From: Lingula anatina
Lineage: Eukaryota > Animalia > Brachiopoda
Reading direction: 5' to 3'
Assembly (NCBI GenBank): GCA_051362555.1
Contig: CM120643.1
Span: forward strand, 6,448,001 to 6,512,000
DNA: 64,000 bases
In this document: piece after piece, positions 23,986 to 37,142 of the stretch
Layout: every line of letters starts with the position of its first letter
How positions within the stretch are numbered: the first letter of the stretch is position 1
The notes under the pieces: model-generated
The model's input: only the letters and a program-made list of their open reading frames with translations
What the model was told of the DNA's origin: nothing
The model's database searches: none
Made by a program: the position numbers and the translations under genes

Positions 23986-25197
23986 ATGATGGAGGATAAC
24001 AATACAGAGGATAAGATTAACAGAGAATCTTCAGTAAATCAAGAGAGTGTACTTCATTTTAAGAAGTCACTCAATGATAACATGGCTTCAATGGCATCAG
24101 CATGTATAATAGAGGATACATTGGCACTTTTTGAAAATTTTCATAAGGAAATGAGAGAAAATTAAAAAAAAATTTTTTTCAACCAATGATTCCTTTGAAA
24201 AGGCTATGGGAGTCCAAATCCTACAGGTAGTAAGATGAATACTTGTTTAAAAATTATCAAGTTTCACCAAAATTTTCACCACCAAACTTTCAAATAATAA
24301 CAAAATATACATCACAATGCAAACCATGTGAAAAACAATGGTATGGTGACTTAATATAAAATAATGTTTTTTCTTCATGAGAGTCCAAATCCCAATGGGT
24401 ATGAATATAAAGATTTTTCATGATTTTTTTTTTTCGTTTTTTGCAGCTTATATTTTACCACCAAACTTTCAAATATTTCCAATATATTCATCATAAAGTA
24501 TACTAAAGGGACAAATGTTGAAATGATCACCATGCAAATATCAAATAAAAAGCTTTTTCATAGGGGAGTCATTGGGTGGTAAAATACAAATTTTTTATTT
24601 TCTTATTTTCTCATAAAATTTTTCACCTGCAAACTAACAAAAAGTGCAAATGTATCCTCCATTATGCATACTACTATATAAAAGTCATATACTCCAATAA
24701 AATAAGATTTATAAAGTTTTGTGGGGGGAGTCAAAATTTCATGGGGGGAGTCACATTTTCATTATGAAAATTAGACTGGGGAGTCACATTTTGGGGGAGT
24801 CAGATTTTCATGGTACACCAGGTATAATATGTTCAAGTGTGGAAAAGTTAGAAATATTTTGCTTCGAGAAAATCTAGAATGTGTAGAAGTAAAGGGGGTG
24901 GTAAATTCAAGCTACAAAAAAGACAATTATTCTGTATTTACTTCTATTTCAAAAAATCATATGCACATTGATGGAAGGTGTAAATGTGTGTCAGGAGGCA
25001 GTGGGAAATGCAAGCACGTTGCTGCTGTACTCTTTCAGTTGTCAGATTACCAACTGAGTGACGTGAAAAACATCCCCGAGGTGCTTGCCTGCACAGAAAA
25101 GCCACGTCAATGGGGGGGGAATAATTCTGCAGTTCAAGTGTCTGACAAATTTTCTGACTTGGTGTTTGTAAAATATGGAATGGAAAAAAAACAATGA
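23986..25197 (+). pseudogene. SWIM zinc-finger ORF of the type preceding YqaJ exonuclease in ISL2EU-like transposons; interrupted (~24166-24820) and truncated
   Basis: GYNMFKCGKV...CKCVSGGSGKCKHVAAVLF...ACTEKPRQW. Assignment of the 23986-24165 part is tentative. Confidence 0.7.
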
Positions 25198-25199
25198 AA

Positions 25200-25603
25200 A
25201 GAATTTACAAAGCACAAAGAAGAGGATGAAAGTGCCACGTTTGAGACAGATTGGATTGGACCATACAGATAAATCAAAATATGCATTATCAAAGCTCTAT
25301 ATAGTACCACTGTGGCTTGTTTGCATACATTTCTCATAATATTACTTCAAAGGTAAAAGGCATAGACCAGAAGCAGAATGTAACTTAATTTGGTGACTCC
25401 AGAAGGGAAAGAGCTTAAAACCAAAGTGGCTTATATTCACTTGAAACTTAACTGAGAAGGTTAGTTACTCATTCCATGCTAATTAATCTGTTTGTTTCTT
25501 TTCAGTCAAGGCCAGAGCTGGCCAGGAGGACTCAGTAAGGACTGAGAACCTATCAGGTTTGTATTAAGGCATCTTGATAATGAGCATATATATATGCTCA
25601 TGA

Positions 25604-25637
<34 letters not shown>

Positions 25638-27085
25638 GGATCTCCCATTTTATGTTCCATGCCGTATTAAGCAATTTTCTTTCTTTTAGATCAGCACATT
25701 TTTTCCAAAACAGAAGCCCCTAGGAGAAAATGGTTGTTGTTTAGTATGCTAGTCTTTTTTTTTCAGCTGAGGCCCGAGCTGACCAGGACCCAGTGCGGAC
25801 TGAGGACCAAGAGAGGATACAGGAGGTTTGTAAAAAAAGCACCTAATGTGATTTATGAGCAGTGGCAAAAAGGTCCCAAAATCATTGAAACCAATTTTTT
25901 CCTTGAAATTGCAATGTTGCTGGTCTTGTTGAGTGCTTGCTTGACTGAAATCTTTGGTAAAACTATTTAAGAATGAAGTGCGGCATTTGCCTCACCTGAC
26001 AAAGGGTTTAGGAAATGAAAGCTTAACAAACAAACCAAAAGAATATCTAAGAAAAAATGCCCTTACTGCCACTATAAGTAATCTGCGACAAAGCTTTGAA
26101 AAACAATATACATTTCCTGAATGGGTTAAGTATCAGGTTAACACTTTAATGTTATTGGCAAAACAAGTTAAATACCCCTCATTTTGTTAATGTACTGTAA
26201 ATGAATTGGGTTATTTGTATTATTTAATATTTTATGGGATTGCTCATTTTAATGTTTTGCTCTGCATTTTAGATAAGACTGAAGAAGAGGATTATAAGGC
26301 CCTTAATGGTGAGGACTGATGAGGTATGAAAAGAAAAGGTAACGTCCCTTCCTTGTCACTTAAACGGAGAAAGAAACTTTCATACAGTAGGTATGACATT
26401 TCTTCTAAAACAACATTAAGTCAAAGACATGCCTGGTTGACTAGAGATGAAATAGACTTAGCCCATGGAATTTTAACAGATATGTTCCCAAAGGTAGAGG
26501 GCTTTCATGGTACTTGTGCCCTAGAGTTTATTAAAAATGGTCTTATCTTATCAACCCCCACTTCTTCATTTGTTAATCTTAACTCCCCTTGGCTTACTCT
26601 TTCTAACATTAATAGCAATATTCGCAATTGTGTTCAAATTCCAGACCAACCCCAGACTGAAGGGTAAGATTGCTGAGATCGTTGCCTCGTCACTTTTTGC
26701 TCTATCCAAGAAAATTGTTTTGGAGCATAAAGATGTTCAGGAGCAAACTGGCAGTAATGACAGTGGTCTTTTTGCCAATGCTGTGCTTTGGAACAAGACC
26801 TGAGGACTTCATTTGGGAGCAAAGGGAAATGAAGGAACATCTCAGCAAGTGTTTTGAAATTGGTAGGCCGGAAATGTCCCAATATAGATCAGAGAACCGC
26901 CACCATTCAAGACCAAAATTGTCTAAATTTCCAATATATTGTCATTGTGGGCAGGTCTATGATAGAAACCAGGACTGGATTGAATGTGAAGACTGCCTGC
27001 AATGGTTCCATGTCAAGTGTGAAGGGATCCAGTCATCTGCCCTGGAGAATCTACAGCACACATTGGCAGTGTTGCAACTGCTCTT
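25200..27085 (+). pseudogene. 3' part of a Ginger1-like transposase: GPY motif, Ulp1-like protease, PHD finger
   Basis: DWIGPY at ~25249-25266. WLTRDEIDLAHGIL...WLTLSNIN...VQEQTGSNDSGLFA (Ulp1-like, Cys position is Ser). YCHCGQVYD...WIECEDCLQWFHVKCEG...WQCCNC (PHD). Frameshifted. Confidence 0.7.
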
Positions 27086-27335
27086 AGGGTGGTATTCTAT
27101 AGAGCTGAATTTAAATCTGTCAGATAGACACATCGCACTAGTTGGGAGAGATTCTTGCTAAGTGCGATCATTGCAATTAGCTTAAATGGCTGAGTTACTG
27201 AGGAGAAGGTATGCATGTACGACAGAAACCAGGACTGGACTGAATGTGCAGACTGACCATACACCAAATATTTGTGTTCAAGAAACAATGAAAATCACAG
27301 ATAAAGTAGCACCTGTCCAAAGCTGGGACATTACG

Positions 27336-28203
27336 CAGAGATGCCTATCGTTACGATTTGGCCGTATTTTGTACGGATTTGACAATAAAATACGATGTTA
27401 CGGAAGATTAGTTTTGAAATACGTTTTATTAGGGTATATTTAATATAACCATTGATTGAATTGTTTGTTTTTGTTTATACCTTAGTAAGTAGAGTCCACA
27501 ATACAATAGCGGAAGTGTCGTATCTAACTATCCAATCATGTCTAGTGTAAGTAACCTATGTAGGGTTAACGCATGCGTATTGAAAAGATCACCAGTTTCA
27601 TTCTGCTACACACGTGTTGTCAGAAATGGCGGAGAAGCGTAAAGGCGAAGAAAATGACAAAAGCGTGAAGAAACGGAGCCAAAACTTTATCCCCAGCTAC
27701 ACATTACAGTGGCCTTGCTTAAAGGCAAGCAAACAAGGCAGTTGTCATACGTATTGCGAAGTGTGCCGCGTGGACATTTCCATCGCGCACGGTGGCCGGG
27801 ATGACTGCCGCCGACATGTGCAGTCGAAGAAACACGCTGAATATGCCAAGTTGGCGAAGGCCGCAGTCAGCTCAAACATGAGCAAGTTCTTACAAAAGAC
27901 GACTCAACTGAAATATAATGTGATTGATGCGGAGGTTGCCTTCGTCGATCTCTGTGTGGAACAAAATCTCCCATTTTCAATTATGGACAAAATAACAGCC
28001 ATATGTAAAACCAAGTTCAGTGACTCTGAAATCGCCAAATTGTTTGCATGCGGGCGCTCAAAAACAACGGCAATTGTACAGATAACATTTAATGATTTAA
28101 ATAAGGTGTTAATTAATTGGATTTGTGTTACTGAAAGTTATTAGAAAATACTGAAAATTTTACCAAAAGTCCTGATTTTAACATTTTTAGGTAGGCATCT
28201 CTG
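27336..28203 (+). mobile_element. Internally deleted hAT-like transposon with 6-bp TSD
   Basis: TIR CAGAGATGCCTA/TAGGCATCTCTG with ATTACG on both sides. ORF 27614-28144 has a CxxC...H...H finger and the FSDSEIAKLFACGRSKTTAIV transposase motif. Confidence 0.85.
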
Positions 28204-28332
28204 ATTACGGAGTCATGAACAGTTAGTAAAACATAAACACCCTCCACAAATATTATCATTGCTATATTACACTATGTACCATTCATACTTTGGGACTTTA
28301 CAACCTATGAACCATGAAACCTCAGACAAGTG

Positions 28333-28661
28333 AACCTTCTGACTAGCAAACCTTTGGAACAGCTAGACATTAGCATCATCAAACTATCAGATCAATGAAC
28401 CTTCTGACTATTGAACCTTTTGAACCATTGGATCTTGGCATCATCAAACTATCAGACCAATGAACCTTCTGACTATTGAACCTTTTGAACCATTGGATCT
28501 TGGCATCATCAAACTATCAGACCAATGAACCTTCTGACTATTGAACCTTTTGAACCATTGGATCTTGGCATCATCAAACTATCAGACCAATGAACCTTCT
28601 GACTATTGAACCTTTTGAACCATTGGATCTTGGCATCATCAAACTATCAGACCAATGAACC
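28333..28661. repeat. 65-bp minisatellite, ~5 copies, built of ~16-bp subunits
   Basis: AACCTTCTGAC at 28398, 28463, 28528 and 28593. Confidence 0.9.
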
Positions 28662-29689
28662 GTCTAACTGCTGTCATGCACCTGACAAATCATTTAACAT
28701 TTAACTTATAATAATTTCATAAATTCACAAACAACAATATTTAGTAATTAAAATAAATATCAGAATCACAAACAAAGACAGGCAAAAATACACAAACATA
28801 TCTACATATTGCTTCTTCAATTTGATATACTCGGGACACATAAGCATAATATCCAAACTGCCAAAGATGAAACAATATCATAAAATAATCCAATCATGCT
28901 GACAGAAATTAAAATTAAAATTAAAACAAAAAACAGTTTATCAGTTATAGGGTAAACAACAGATGTGTCACAAAGTGCTGACTATGGCAATGACACTGGA
29001 CAGACACAGTGATCAGAATATAGACAGACTGAGTGTCTGTATATAATAAATATGTGATAAAATTTGCAATTCCAACTTAATGACCTCACAATAACAGAGA
29101 TCATTTATGAAATATCATATCTGACCTGAAATATATATTCACATTTAAATATTTTCACTGAAGTCTTGTTCTCCTCAGTGATGGCTTATTGTCTACCATA
29201 ATCTCGCTGTACATGCTACCTCTTCTAGTACTGTAACAGTTTCCATGCATATGGGGAAAATTATTATAACACATCACAACTGAGCTGAAATATCAATTTA
29301 CTTTTAAACATTTCCATTGTGTCTATTCATCTTCAGTGATAGAGTATTGTCCAACACAATCTCCTTGCTTTATATACCCTGCCTCTATAGTTTCCATGTA
29401 TATGGGGGAAATGGATTCTTTGTGTTACCTGGAACCCACATTTGTTGTGTAATTGTACTGTTCCATATAACTGGCTCCACAGGATCTGCCATGTTTGGAA
29501 GTCTTGTTCTGGGTGGTTCTGGCAGCACTCTCTAAAATCATAAATGAAATGGGTGTAACTGTTTGCAATGTAACTGTTTTCATGTGAATCCTCTCTGTAA
29601 TGTAGTGTAAACTATTATTAGAAACAATTCAATGATAAGTAATTCAAATATAGGATGCTTTTGTAAAAAGCACAAGAACATTTTTGTAT

Positions 29690-29886
29690 TACCATCAACG
29701 TAACTCAAAAAAGTTATGGACCAAATTTGATGAAATTTTCAGAAACTGTCAGAAGTGGGCCAAGGAACAGATAATTAGTTTTTGGTGGTGATCTGATGAT
29801 CTGGATCAATAAACAATCAATAATCAATAATAATCAAAAATTGCTGCCTTGGCAGAGGTCTGCGCTCTCGGAGTGCTTTTCTAGTT
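29690..29886 (-). mobile_element. 5' part of a short Helentron-like element
   Basis: Reverse-complement homolog of 42412-42695 (AACTAGAAAAGCACTCCGAGAGCGCAGACCTCTGCCAAG). Confidence 0.65.
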
Positions 29887-30019
29887 TTATATGTGTTTTG
29901 TGTGTACAAAATGAATTGGATTCAAATTCTTAACAAATGACAGGTGTCACTGTGATTAAAAAAGTACTTAACAACTATAAAACTTAAATTTACATTACAA
30001 TTAAAGTAGTAAAACATTA

Positions 30020-32330
30020 ATTCTATTCATAATAATCCATGCTTTCCACATTGAAATTATCATTTCAACCCCCCCCCCCCAAAAAAAAAATGTTACAATT
30101 GGTGTTTGTGTCTCTTTCACAAAGGAAAGAGGGGGAACAAATTACCTATCGTTATTTGCATTAAAAAAAAAACAACCATACATTTTGTCTGCTATCTGTC
30201 ACCTGTTTACAATGGCTGTCCTGTCTCAGGCTGTTCATTCATCCTAAAACTTGCCACATCCCATGCCTTGCACAACCGGGTGAGATGAAGATGTTCCTGT
30301 TGCTGCCTTTTTATGTCTGCTTCTTATAAAATACATGTCCCCCATGTTCAGCCAGGTAAAGTCAGTTCACCTAGAAGACACCATGCTGTATGGAGACTGG
30401 AGCTGGAAAAAGAGACATGACAATGTATAAGTGAAGGAACACTAATTATCTTAATACAAAGAAAAGACAAAAACCTGACATTCCACCAGAGCCAGTTGGG
30501 AAAAATATTAAAACTATGGTACACTGCCAAGTGCCCACCTTATATGGTAGACATCAGTGTTGTGGTGATTGAACTGTGATAAGTTAAAAATGACCTTGTC
30601 TTTTGGAGGCTGCTGGACACAATTGTGACTGCCGAGACCAGCACATTCTCAGATTGAACATAGTTAAATAAACAGATCTCTGCCAAATCTGTTGGAATTT
30701 TTGTGAAATTTGCACACAAAATGCCTAACAATTGTAAAAATCTGGAATAATGATATCAATTGGCTGTGACTAATTGAAAGACATTTTCTGGGGAGTCATT
30801 TGAGAGAAGTCACTAAGGAAATTACTAATGTAAATTTTAAATCATGACAAAATTACTCAAACTTTAAGGGAACAAAATATGATTATTGCTTTTTTTTCTC
30901 AAAGGAGGAAGATTAAAAGACCAATTATATACTGTCACGTGACTTGTAAAACAATATCAACCATTAGTTTAGTGAAGCACCTGCAAGCAGTCCAGTTACT
31001 GTCATGACAATGGGTCATCCCAGGGAAGTAATGACCATTGCTCCACTTTGGGTCCAATGACCTTCATCCCAAACTGACCACATCAAGTAGGCCACTACGG
31101 AGACACTTCACAATATACAACTGTCCAACCACACGTGTGAACTAGAAAAAAAAAAAACAAACATTTATTAAACAAGGCATTCAACCACTTGACCAATGAT
31201 GCTTAGAAGCTTATAACTATCCAGTACTTCAGCCAACAAAGGGACATTTTCTTCAGCCACTATATTTGAAGAGTGAAATGCACATGAACAATATTTTAAT
31301 AGAAGTATTCATTTTGTGCATATAACTTTAATGGTTTAAACTAAACAAATGCAATGTTGACAAATGAGAGGTGTGGATCAAAAATGCCATTAATGACTAT
31401 AAAGCTACAATGCACACTAATATTTAAAGTTTGTCTTAAATAGACAAGTGTGGATTATTACAGATACCCATGCTTTTCAAGTCACATTGAAAACTAATTA
31501 ATCCAAAAATTGTGATTATTGGTGTTTTTGTCTCTACAGAGGAAAGAAAGAGACCAATTATACCCACTAAAAAGAAAACAAACTGTTCATTTTGTGTACT
31601 ATTTGCAAGAAGTCCAGTTCCTTGTTTACCATGGCTGTCCTGTCTCTGGCTCTTCACAACCCATTCATCTTGAAACTTGCTGTGTCTTGCACAACTGTGT
31701 GAGATGAAGGGATGTTCCCGCAGCTGTAATTCCCTGTCTATTTCATATTAACAATACATGTCCCCCATGTTCAGCCAGGTAAAGTCAGTTCACCTAGAAG
31801 ACACCATGCTGTATGGAGACTGGAGCTGGAAAAAGAGACAAAAGATTATATGAATGAAGTGACATAAATTATCTTAATAAAAGACAGAACCCTGACAGTC
31901 CACAAGAGCCAGCAGAATATTTAACCTACAATATTCTGCCTAATGTCCGCCTAATATGGCAGACATCAACGTTGTGGTGACTGGACAGACAAGTTTAAAA
32001 TGTCTTTTGGAGGCTGCTGAGCACAATTGTGACTGCTGAGTTGAGCACAATCTTAGATTAAACACAGTTAAATAAACAGAACTCTGCCAAATCTTCTGGA
32101 ATTTTTGTGAAATTTGCACACAAATTGCCTAACACCTGTAATAATCTGGGATAAGTATATCAGTTTACTGTGTCATGTAGAAGTATATTTTGTGAGGAGT
32201 AACATGAGAGAAGTGAAAAAAATTATTTAAATTTAAAGGAAGCACAAAATATGATAACTGGTTTGTTGATCTACATGGGAAGGATAGAAGACAAATTATC
32301 TATTGTAACACAACTTGTAAAACAAAACCA
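30020..32330. repeat. Old local duplication (~30020-30960 vs ~31440-32330)
   Basis: Collinear diverged blocks offset by ~1.4 kb, with one identical core. Confidence 0.8.
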
Positions 32331-32699
32331 AGCAATAATTTTGTGCACTACCTCCAAGAAGGTTTTTGTGGCATCGTGATAGGTGATGGTGGGTAATGGC
32401 CACTGCTCCACCTTGGGTCAAATACATATCATCTGTTATGACCAGGTGCCGTGGGTCTCACTCGCCATGTGCTTCGTTCACACTCGTTCCCATTACCACG
32501 TCATCCACCAGGTGGTGGCTCCGGTCAAGACGCAACTAATCGGCAGCCATGTATTGGATATAACATTCCTCCCAACTTGAAATTTTTCTACATCATATGA
32601 ACTTAAAAATCATAATCCTTGAATATTTTGAAGCCTAATGAATTTTCAGTTTTCATATTATATAAAGTCACATCTTGAGTGCTATATGCTCAAGCTTTT

Positions 32700-32855
32700 C
32701 AGGACAGCGATCCGCCTTCATCCTGATTAAATATAAATTATCTCAGATTACATTTTTCAGGACAGCGATTCCGCCTTCATCCTGATTAAATATAAATTAT
32801 CTCAGATTACTTTTTTCAGGACAGCGATCCGCCTTCATCCTGACTAAATATAAAT
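32700..32855. repeat. ~60-bp tandem repeat, ~2.6 copies
   Basis: CAGGACAGCGATCCGCCTTCATCCTGA occurs three times. Confidence 0.85.
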
Positions 32856-33480
32856 CTGCGTCTCTGCAGATTGTTCTTCCGTCTGTAACTCTTCTGGCTG
32901 TAACTTGAGAACCATGTATTTCCATGACGATATAGAAAATCAGTTCATATGGTGTTGAGAGTTTGTTTCTTTTGTTCTGTTTAACTAAAACATAGTCATA
33001 TATCATGAGTGTATTCTCCCTCCAAGTTTGATTAGTGTTGGGTCATTGAGTGTTTTCTCTGCTATCTCACCGAGAATCGCTGCATTTTCAGATTTGACCA
33101 TCCATCTGATCATCTTCTCTGTACTATGACCACCCATTTGTGGCAGTGGGTGTCTGGAGAGATAATCTGGGTCTGCATCATTCTTTCCTGGCTCATATAC
33201 CACTTCATAGTCAACATCTTGTAAGTCCATCGCCCATTTCTCTATTCTCAGTGGTAATTTTGCTTGTGCTTTGTTAAACATCGGTTCTAATGGTTTGTGT
33301 GCTTCAATAATACTAAATTCTTCTCTCATGTCCCAGTATGGTTCAATGTCCTCGTCTTTTCTGTATAGATTGCTGATTCCAATCTCCTGTTGAGATTCTC
33401 CCTCCAAGTTTGATTAGTGTTAGGTCAGTGAGGGTTTTCTCTGCTATCTCATTGAGAATCACTGAATTTTCAGATTTGAC
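32830..33480 (-). pseudogene. Scrambled Ty3/Gypsy pol fragments (RNase H to integrase linker)
   Basis: HKPLEPMF...LRIEKWAMDLQDVDYEVVYEPGKNDADPDYLSRHP, plus a duplicated EIAEKTLxDxTLIKL segment. Confidence 0.75.
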
Positions 33481-33686
33481 CACTCTGTCAAACTGTGTGC
33501 CTGATCTGAAAAAACAAAAAAGAGAAACACTCATTATAAACATTCAACAGGCCTGTAGCCAGCTATTTCAAAAGGTTTTTCTTTTTCTAAAAAAAGTGGA
33601 CCTTTTACCATGAAACCATTGTGTGCCTAAATGAAAATTTGCCCAGAGGGAACCTTTTCCCAGCAAAAAAGGCTGTTCGTTCGCAT

Positions 33687-34031
33687 CACGCTCGGCTGTC
33701 ACCTTGATTGGATAGTAAACGATTGTCGTAAAATCGCTAAATGATATTAAAACCGGCAGTATTTTATTTCGATTATTATGTTTAAGTTGGTTGAGTTTTG
33801 TTTCACAAGCTCACTCTAATTTATTGTCTCTATGGAGGTATATGGGGACTTTACGACATTCGGTTTGAAGGCTTTAACCACTTGTTATAGTTTATTTTTG
33901 CATTGTATTGGATTAATGTGGCAGTCTAAGGTTGTCCTAGGTGGTTTTCAAGTTTATGCACCCGGTTTTAATATCATTTAGCGATTTTACGACAATCGTT
34001 TACTATCCAATCAAGGTGACAGCCGAGCGTG
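33687..34031. mobile_element. MITE with ~70-bp perfect TIRs and an 8-bp TSD with one mismatch
   Basis: CACGCTCGGCTGTCACC...GGTGACAGCCGAGCGTG, flanked by GTTCGCAT/GTTCCCAT. Abuts a decayed relative of the 22556 MITE starting at ~33548. Confidence 0.8.
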
Positions 34032-34309
34032 GTTCCCATGTCTAAACCGGCAGTGGTCCTGGGCAAAGTCAAATTTGGCAGCTTCCTCATATTCACAGAA
34101 ATTTGTCCTTTCAAATAATTGCTAATATGCATTTAATGTTTTGCCATGACTTCATGTAAAAAAATCAAACTTAAAATTGTCATCATTTTATATTGGCAAT
34201 TTAAGCTAAATTAAGAGGGCCATTTGTTGTGACTTTGCATCTTAAGTGGCACGACATGCCTCAAAACCTATCACAACACTATATTCAATGCAGGAATGGT
34301 GCAGTCCAG

Positions 34310-35040
34310 GCCCCCGTTTCACAAAGAATCTTAAATCCATAGACGTCTTACTCGAGCTGGGTGGCCTAGCTAGGTCGACTTAGCTGAAGTCGACTTGGAG
34401 TGTTTCACAAAGAATCTAACGTCTTAGCTTGGCGTGCTTACCGTAGTCGACACGCACGAGAAACTCTTCAAGAAAAGGTGTAAAATTGAAAAAGTTTCAC
34501 AAGACATGACGTTTCATTTCCTCTTTCGGCCGAGAACGATCGTTTATCAACAATAAAAGTCAGCCAAAACACAAACAAAGTTTGTTTTTGAACTTTATTG
34601 ATAAGTTTAACTTCAATACAACTTCAAAGTAACAGTTAAACATTAGCTTGTCGTGGAACACTACTGAGGGACGTCTAGCGGTCAAAAACATAAACAAACA
34701 CGCGATCGGCTGGGTAAAGTGGAATTTTATTTTTTATTTTAATATTCCATAAATGTCAGTGCTATTCAATGATATTATAACACAATATCTTGAAGGAGGT
34801 ATGTTCTTTCCAATTTTTTGTTGTTTATGCTCTCATTTACCGAGTTTTAGTTGAGCTTGCCGACTTAAGTCTCCTCCCGAGGAGGCTTGACATCGTCGAC
34901 TTACAGCTAAGAAAAAAACGACGTAAGCGACCTTTTAGATTCTTTGTGAAACGGGACTTAGTGACGTAACGACTTAATTACGTTGGTAACCAAGCCCTAA
35001 GTCAGGGAAACCGACTTAAGTTTTTTTGTGAAACGGGGGC
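34310..35040. mobile_element. PIF/Harbinger-type non-autonomous element
   Basis: TIR GCCCCCGTTTCACAAA/TTTGTGAAACGGGGGC, CAG TSD, internal subterminal copies of the TIR motif. Confidence 0.8.
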
Positions 35041-37142
35041 CAGATGTAACATTGTAATAATGTGATGTTATACTTGGCTACATACTGGGGTATGTATGAA
35101 TTCCTAACATGCAAAGCCATTACTTCACTCCAGTTGGAGGGCTATGGCTAAATAGAGAGTTATAAAGATACCTGATAGGACGAAGTGAACACTGCAAAAA
35201 TCCCCACAAATATCTTTAGGACAACATATAGAAACCCTATTGCTCCCTAACTCTGCTAGAACTTTTTATGTTTTACCTCAGATATTTCCAGGAATCCAGA
35301 TCTACTAAATAACACTTATAACACTCCCTTTATCTATTTTCTATCCTCTAGCTCTTGTATCTGCAGCTCTCTCTCCTCTCTCTCTCTCTCTCTCTCAAAA
35401 GCCCCGCCCAACTGTCGCTTTCAATCCCAAGACTTCCGGTACCAGATCACTGCAACAAAGTACTCACCCTTTTGTCATCAAGAATGTGTTTGCATGCATT
35501 TAAAAGGATGCTAGAACCGTGGAATGTCCTACTGGTTCAGATCAAACTTTTATGGTAACCCATAAATATATCTTAGCCTTAGTATAACGTTATTTTATAA
35601 CGTGTAAAATTTTCCCGCTCCGTCCGACTAAGTAGGTCAAAGAAAACCCGCAGTGAATACTGGGTCACATCTCGGTACATCCGGTCACATGAAGCGCGCA
35701 GCTGTTTTACTCTGATCTGCTTCCCAGTTATTATATATTCTGATTTTTTGTTTAGATATGATATTATTGATTGAGAATAAATTATAACAAAAAAGGTAAT
35801 TTAAAATTCTTTTTTTATTGTTATTATTATATATTTTCTTTTTGCTTCAACTTTTGCTGGATCTCAGCACTGCTAACACAACGGTCAATTTAAAGACCTT
35901 CGCATTTAGAGCAATTAGGTCCTACCATTAAAAGTATAATAAACAAGCTTGAAAATATTCTAAAGTCAATTTTGCCTGCACATCATCTAGTACCTGTATT
36001 TTACTTTTATAGACTGTGCTAGAGACTACGCTAGTAAGCTTATAATTAGATGCGCGTTTATTTTTTTTTTTTTTTTTCAAAACGTCTAAATTTTTCCCCC
36101 AATTCCAAGTATATTTTCTCAATGCCTGGTAACGAAGGTTTTTTGCAAATGGCTTTTTAAGAGAATGCAACTTGTTTCGTGTAAAACATTTGACTGTGCC
36201 CTATTAACATAATTATAGTCCATCTAATCATGAGGGCCCGCTGGAAGGAGGGGGAGGGGTAGTGATCACAGTTCACGGCCACAGGAAATAAAATCATCAA
36301 ATCACAAATCACCTAAATTAAAAACTTCATTCGTACTGTATCTCATTGAAAATGCTAGTCTGGCGAGCTGAAAATAACTATCATCGAGTATAATGACTTC
36401 GTTCCACTACGGACGAGGGATAGAAACCTACAATTCACAGGAATGGGGTGCTTCACATCTCGGGGAATGATAAGTGGATGTTACGGGTAAGGAAAATACC
36501 CAACGGGGCCTTCAGTCCTTGTCTTAACTAAAATGAAGGTTTAAATAGTGTCTAAAATATTTCAAAACATTAAAGCAACTAAAATTAATGATCTAGAGAA
36601 AAAATACGCCACGAAGGATTTTTCAGCTTTTAAAAGTAGCTGCAAGTTATTCATTGCGTTACATGTATTTAAGATAAATATTCTAGACATTTTCTGAGAC
36701 ATTAGACATTATACATGCTTCCAAACAAGAATCTTATTTTTCTACTTTATTGAAAATTAACTAATAGTTATAGGCAAATGTGAGATGGTGTTGCGATCGA
36801 GCGACAGTAACGAAGGTCTAAAATGAGCCTGCATTTCGTGTTTTAAATATGATTAGCACAGGTGCTGAGCTAACTTATACAACGATTTTCATGTGCATCG
36901 AAAAACTCGTCAAAGAAAGAGCGAGAGAAACAAAATGTTTTTATTATTAATCTGCACCTTGGACATAATAATAATATGTCCAAGTCTACACAACGTACCT
37001 CCGCCCGTGTTGGGAGTTCAACCCCCTTGAGGACTCAGTTGATAGCTGTCGTCAATAAGTTGCTTTTACATAATGTAATAAACGCGATCGTCCTTTGCGC
37101 TCAAATCATAAACAGGAATCTTTCTTTAAAAAATATTAAATA

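Noticed and set aside
28333-28661. 65-bp period resembling CRISPR repeat-plus-spacer length
   Set aside because: The entire unit is repeated and the context is eukaryotic
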